This document shows positions 58,101 to 64,000 of a DNA stretch of 64,000 nt, piece by piece. The notes beneath the pieces were generated by a model that had not been told where the DNA came from, ran no database searches, and saw only the letters and a list, made by a program, of their open reading frames with translations. The stretch is taken from contig JBLDXI010000063.1 of NCBI GenBank assembly GCA_047495785.1, positions 248,001-312,000 of the forward strand, written 5' to 3'. The translations under genes were made by a program, and so were the position numbers. The DNA is from Lepidodermella squamata. Lineage: Eukaryota; Animalia; Gastrotricha. The first letter of the stretch is position 1; every line of letters starts with the position of its first letter.

Positions 58101-61100
58101 AACGAAATAAAACTGCATGGCAGAAGCAGCAGAAGCAGCTAAGGGGCCATTTTACTATTAGAACAGCAGCACACAACTGCTGATGCAACTGTATTTTGAA
58201 TGAAGAAGGTTGCTCGCGTAAAATGGCTTAAATAAAAAAGTAATCATAAATACAATATTATTATTATTATTATAACTTATTATAATATAGACCCGGCTGC
58301 GATGGCTATAACAATAATAATAATATCGGCAGCTAAAAAAACGACGACCGATAACTATTATAATATTATCGTGAATAAAAAAACTGGCGAAATTGAATTT
58401 AATGGCCCAAGGCGACGTAAATAATAAAAAATAGTAATGATTTAACCCAATAATAAACCATTCCTTACTATACGTATTATTGTAAGCTGGCAAAAAATGA
58501 CACACGCACAGGTGAGTATACTTATTGCATAAAAATAAGCGCAGCAGCTAAGTATTACACTGCACAACACCTACAGCTGCTGCTGCACAAGGGCAAATAA
58601 ATGCGAAAATCTCGACGGCCGATGACGACAATGACGACAGATGATGATGATGATGGTGGCGGCGCGGTGGTGGTGGTGTTTAAATGAGCAGCTGCCAATC
58701 GCTGAAAATGCCTGGATTCGAAAAGGAAGGAACATCAACTCACCCGGTAGTGACGGCTGCGTGTTGGCGTTGCTAAGGCGCCGCGCGTAATTGGCAGGAG
58801 CCGATTATTCAACAGCAAGCAGCTACAAAATGCCGAGTAAAAAACTTCTTGTCTACGACAAAATTGAAGTAAAATGAACATCACGTAGGTATGTATACGT
58901 ATAGCACAGGTATGTATATAAGTATACTCACATGGGAGCAGCGCAACAAAACAATAGCCCTATACCTGCACTGCGTTATTGGGCGGAGAATGCGAGCAGA
59001 GGGAAAAAAGGTGCGCAGTTTCCTGTCGATTACCTACCTACCTACCTGCCGGCTGGCTGGCAGGTGAGCGAGCTATCAACAACATGCCGGCGTTGTAAAA
59101 ACCACCCTGTGCCATAAATCTCTTGTGCGCAAGTTGCAAGTGAAACGGGCGCTGCTGTCGCCGGCGCAATATAACTTTGCGCGGCAATAAACGCAATTTC
59201 TTGACTATCTATCTTTACTAAGCTAGCGAGGTTCCGGTGATGGCTGGGTTGGTTTCTACTAATACTGCTGCTTCTTCTACAGATGCGAGTAACTGTGTCC
59301 CGCGTGAGCTGTTGGTTAAAACGTAGGTAGCGCATTCGTGGGGGAAAGCCGTTCCGTTGCGCCGATCTGACAGTAGCTGACCATCAGCCTGAATGGATCC
59401 AGAACTGGAAGCTGAGATCAACTGTTGGCTGCTACGCTGCTACGACTATGGCTGGCCATCATCGACGCCAGCAGCCCGGCCGATAATGCCATTAGCTCAC
59501 AGCGCAGCAGTAGCAGCATGCGACGCGAAAGGCAGAATGCGGCCGCGGCGACCGTGCGAGCGTAATGAAATCACGACCGCGACTTAACCCAATTCGATGA
59601 TGTAGAATGGCTACATCTACGTATTGTCCCTCGATTTTTCGTGTTGTTTTTTTTTCGATGTTGATGCATGTTAACGAATATATGTGCGCGGCAAGTTGGC
59701 TGATGTCAGCTGATAGTAAGTCGTCATGTTTTAGCGCAATGCCAAGACGTCTTCAATAAAATAAGTATTTCACTGAAAAGGGCTAAATAGCAGTGCAATC
59801 GGTTCAAATCTATAAAAGTGGCACATCGGTCATGTAGATGATGTGGATGCGATATTAAGAACCAAAAGCCGTACAGGTGGCTGGTATTTTTCCGTCGCTT
59901 GGATCTCAGCTGCTCGGCCACCGCACCATCGCTTAGACGTGAATCGTTCATTGTACCTAGAAAAATAGTACGCCGGCTATACGACGTCGCGTCTACCTAC
60001 GTAAGCAGCAACAATCGCAGAACGGCGATTGCTACGCCGAGGCGGCCGGCGATCGATGGCCCAAATGTGAAATGTATATCGAATAAGTATAAGTAATGTT
60101 TTGCTATTATATCGCAGTCGAGAACGCGCGCTTTGATGATGATGATGATAATGAGTAGAAGCAATTAAATCTGTTTCCCACTGTTGCGATATTGCCTACC
60201 TACAATAGGAATACGATGGTGAGGTTGTTGTTGTTGAAACCTGAGACCCAACAACGATCAAGGTGATGATGGTCAACCCTACTTTTTACTTATCTTTCTG
60301 TCTTTCGTCGGGCTGAGCGGCGGCGCGGAAATTCCGCGCTTATTAACGCAAATGAGCAAATAAACATAATGCAGAAATTTTTGTCATGAAAAAGTAATAA
60401 TATTTGATGAATAAATTATGCTGACAACCTTCAAGCGATGAGATTCAAATTTCTTTCGCAAACAACAAAAAGTGGATAGTCGTCCGGGTCATGATCAGAG
60501 TTATGCTTTTCTTGTGGATGTTGCCGAAGCGTAGTTTTCAACGGAAATTCATGAGAGGCTAAATGCATTGATTTATTTAAAGTGATTAAAGTGATGATCG
60601 GGTTATCAAGCAGTGTAATAACGGCCAGTACGGCCAACATTTGCTGTTGCTTGTTGCCTCACATTTTCTTAACAATTCCGTAACCATGAAGCATGAAGCA
60701 GTTTTGAAGCTGTTTTCAAGGGGTTTTCATGCGGTAAACTTTGGCTGGAATCCTCGTTAGAATGGGAGTCGAGCGAAACAAATTAGAAGCGACGATGCGC
60801 TTTTGAAAATTGGCGTTTCGATCTTTATTGATTGATTTGTGCTAACTTGGTGAAGCCGCAAGTATCGGGTAGTCGGATAGCTATAATGTTTAGAAATCAG
60901 TCTCTCAAAGACACTTGAATCCTCTGGCAAGAGCGATGATCTCAGCCCTATATTGGATGCAAAACTAGATTTTTCAAAAATGAGAATTTTTTACAAAAAT
61001 CGCAAAAAGCTTATCGCCGCCAATTTTTTCGCTCAAATCCGACTCTAACACAGATGACAGGAAAGTTCAACGCACACTAGATCTATCTTAAAAATTCCTC

Positions 61101-62104
61101 ATGGTTATGGAGTTGTAAAAAAAATATAATGTGAGACAAGAAATTATTGGCGGTACTTTATGCTTGGCAGGGTTACACTGATCCTGCAGTTGCACCCATG
61201 CAACTGCAACTACATAAACTGAACCTAATGAGTACAGAAGCGAAAAATGCGCGCAAAAAAAACGAAACGAGAATGACTGCTGCTGATGCTGGCGTGTTTG
61301 TTCATCGGTTTTAAAACAAACAAATAACAGAAGCAGCAGCAGCAGCAACAATAAATCGAAGCCTACTGCGATAAAAGAAACTGCGCATCGTCAGAGTAGC
61401 ATGCGAACAAAAGAAGCTGCCTTTCCGCCCCGGCTCGTTTATTTACTCTGCCGATCAGAATTTACTTAATTTACAATCATGTGATGTGATGAAACAGCTA
61501 AGCCATGCGCAGCCGTTGGCGATTGACGATCGTCGATTGACGGCGAACAGCTCGACTTCCGACTCGATAAATTAGCTCAATCGCCACTTCTCACTTCTCC
61601 TGCTTCTGTAATTATTAGCTATATTCTCCAGTTTCTCATATTATGCCAACTCCTCACACAATTATTAGGTATTCTTTTTTTATTTAATAAAAACGAAAAA
61701 GTTCAATGTGTTTCAGTATTAGTTGTTATCAATGTTTTTCTTTTCAATAGTATTCAGACAATAATACATACATACATACACTTCTAATTCGACAACCATC
61801 TTCTTCTCGGTTATTATTATTATTATTAACATTACGTACTCGATCGATCAAACAACAGTTAAGGGGCTATCCTATGTCTGTACTTCACGTGGACACTGGT
61901 TGGCATGGCCACTATGGCTAAACACACAAACACACAAAGTGTAGTAGTAGTAGCAGTTGTAATAAGAACGCGGCTTTAACGAGCGTAAATGCTCCCATGT
62001 ATTTTCAAAATTTGACAAAAAAAGAAGAAGCAGATTTAGTTTCACAGCGACTTAGTAGTAGTAGTAGTATTCACCAGTATCACACACGCTATCCTAAACG
62101 TCTC

Positions 62105-63082
62105 TTATTCCGCTCCATCCTCGTCGTCGTCCACGTCGCCGCCGTCTTCTTCGTCGAGCTGAAAAATGACATCAGATACGAAACATTAGTCGTCATCAAT
62201 AAATGAACACGCCAACATGAAAATGATTCCAATCAAGGATCAGATAGGAAAGTAATCACAGAGATTCATTAGATTGACAGACTATCACTATATCATCATT
62301 CGAAAATAGCCAAATGACAATGAAAATGAAAACAGTGACTTACGCCTTCGCCGTCTTCTCCCTCATCGCCTTCATCAGGCGACTCGTCACCCTCGTCGAG
62401 CTCGGGGGCCAAGAAGTATTGCAGAGGGTTCGCCCAGATCTCGTCCTTGATCAACTCGCCGATCTCGTCCGCCGTCGCGTCTTCGTTCGAGCACGTGAAC
62501 CAGAAGAAAAACGAGTCCGAAAGACCGGCGCGCTTCTTGCCAGACGCCGCCTTCTTCATCGGGTCCTTGCCCTCCTTCCACTTGATGCCCGTCGACTTGC
62601 ATTGTGGCTCGCACAGGTGGAATTCCTTTGTCAGCACTGCATTTTCGAAGTACGGATTGGCGTCGAAGTGGAAGCTGATTTTGTAGCCTGACTTGATGTC
62701 TTCGAATTCCTGCACTTCGAGTTTTGTCAAATGTTGCAAAATCTGCTCGTCTTCCTCGGTGATAATCGAAGAGATCTGAGGGTGGTTGATCAGCGCCGTC
62801 AGCCAGAAGCGAGGAATCTTCGAGATGTGATCGTGACGCTTGTGATAGAACGGTTGCCGCAATTTGTTATATTTCTGTTCGACTTTCAGGATTTCCTCTG
62901 ACGCTTGTTCGTTCAATTTTTCAATTTCGTTTTGAACTTCGTCGATCTTCTCAACGGAATCTTGGAAATCCCGCGCGTTAAAAGACCCTACGTAGACAAA
63001 TAAGTACATTGAATAAGCAGGAACTCCTTTGAAAAATAGGAAACTAACCATCGGTCTTGGCTACCTTAGCCGGACTCGCCAT
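62105..63082 (-). CDS. SET: SET/TAF-I (NAP family histone chaperone, I2PP2A). Exons 63082-63049, 62987-62344, 62158-62105
   Basis: [83 protein letters not shown], acidic tail. Confidence 0.95.
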
Positions 63083-64000
63083 TAAATCTAAATGACAATA
63101 AAATAAGCCGAACTAAACAAGTAAAGAAACGAAAATGCACGATGATGTCATTAATGACTTGAAAAGAGGGTAACATTGTCATAACAGAGGAAAGGGAAAC
63201 CCCGATTTACACGAGAAACGAGAAATATCGGGTCAGTAAAGGTGGAACATTAGAAAAATTCAGCACTAGGTGAGTTCCGAATGCAAGAAGCTTGAACTTC
63301 TGACACGCACACACACACAGCAGCAAAAACGTCACGAAAAAACGCCGAACTGCAAAGCGGATGAACACCAAGCCGCGGCGGCGTGCTTCGTCAACTTTCG
63401 CGCCAAAAAATATTTCAAATATTACGAAATCTCAATTTGCAAACAAAAAAGATACAGAATAACAACGATGATTACTTTGACTTTAATATATGTGATAAGC
63501 AGAGAAACGTTTATTTTCTATGAGTCACGTTTTCTGGTTCTTTCTATACTTTGGCTGGAACTCAAGGTTCCACATGTGCAACTCTCTATATTTACCACAT
63601 GCGCCTATTCAGGCAATTCAAAATCCGGATGATAATTTGTTCATTCACGATTCAAAATCGATAACTTTAGGCGCTATCGGTTATGCAGCCGTGAGAAGTG
63701 AACAGTTTTGGGGCGGCGCCTTTGAGTATTAATTGAGTATTACTTTACGACTGCCCGTGCGTAAGTAATCTCTTTGAAGCTGCAACATGACTCAATAAAA
63801 GTGATGCAACCAGATGTAGTCAGATCTTTATAAGGTTCGAGAGAATCAATGTTTCTAATTCATTATATTCTTATTACTGGTTTTATAGCAAATCGCAAGT
63901 TTCATTGATTGTTGTTTTTAATTCACAACTGAATTAATCTCTTACTTCCCATTACGTTGTTACTTGCTAGGCAAGCAAGACCTCAACCTAAACTTCGCGT

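Overview
This is gene-dense animal genomic DNA. A Lox4-type Hox gene points to a spiralian/lophotrochozoan; this is inference and the species cannot be named from sequence alone. Introns are mostly about 52-70 nt, CpG is not visibly depleted, and microsatellites are abundant. I assembled 14 protein-coding genes by reading splice sites by hand. In window order: USP20/33 (-, runs off the left edge), RalGPS (-), CFAP53 (+), a BET/BRD2-3-4 bromodomain gene (-), a Thr-rich GPI-type mucin (+), an astacin-3xShK protease (-), a small ankyrin protein (-), SNF8 (+), PRPF38B (+), a solitary Lox4-like Hox gene (-), PSMB7 (-), an XTBD/PAXT-1-like gene (+), an R4-type RGS (-) and SET (-). Mobile DNA includes a Tc1/mariner-type MITE, a 5'-truncated LINE with an open RT C-terminus, and smaller remnants. 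The most notable observations are these. (1) Seven genes whose human homologues lie on the MHC paralogons surround a lone Hox gene, and SNF8, a HOXB neighbour in human, is nearby. (2) In two same-strand gene pairs the upstream poly(A) signal is followed almost immediately by splice signals leading into the next gene, an operon- or read-through-like layout. (3) The Hox gene has an intron inside the homeobox and a candidate Pbx-Hox autoregulatory element. (4) BET bromodomain 2 has lost its WPF shelf. (5) Housekeeping and tissue-specific genes differ sharply in GC3 and low-complexity content. No searches or folding computations were run; all calls come from motif recognition.
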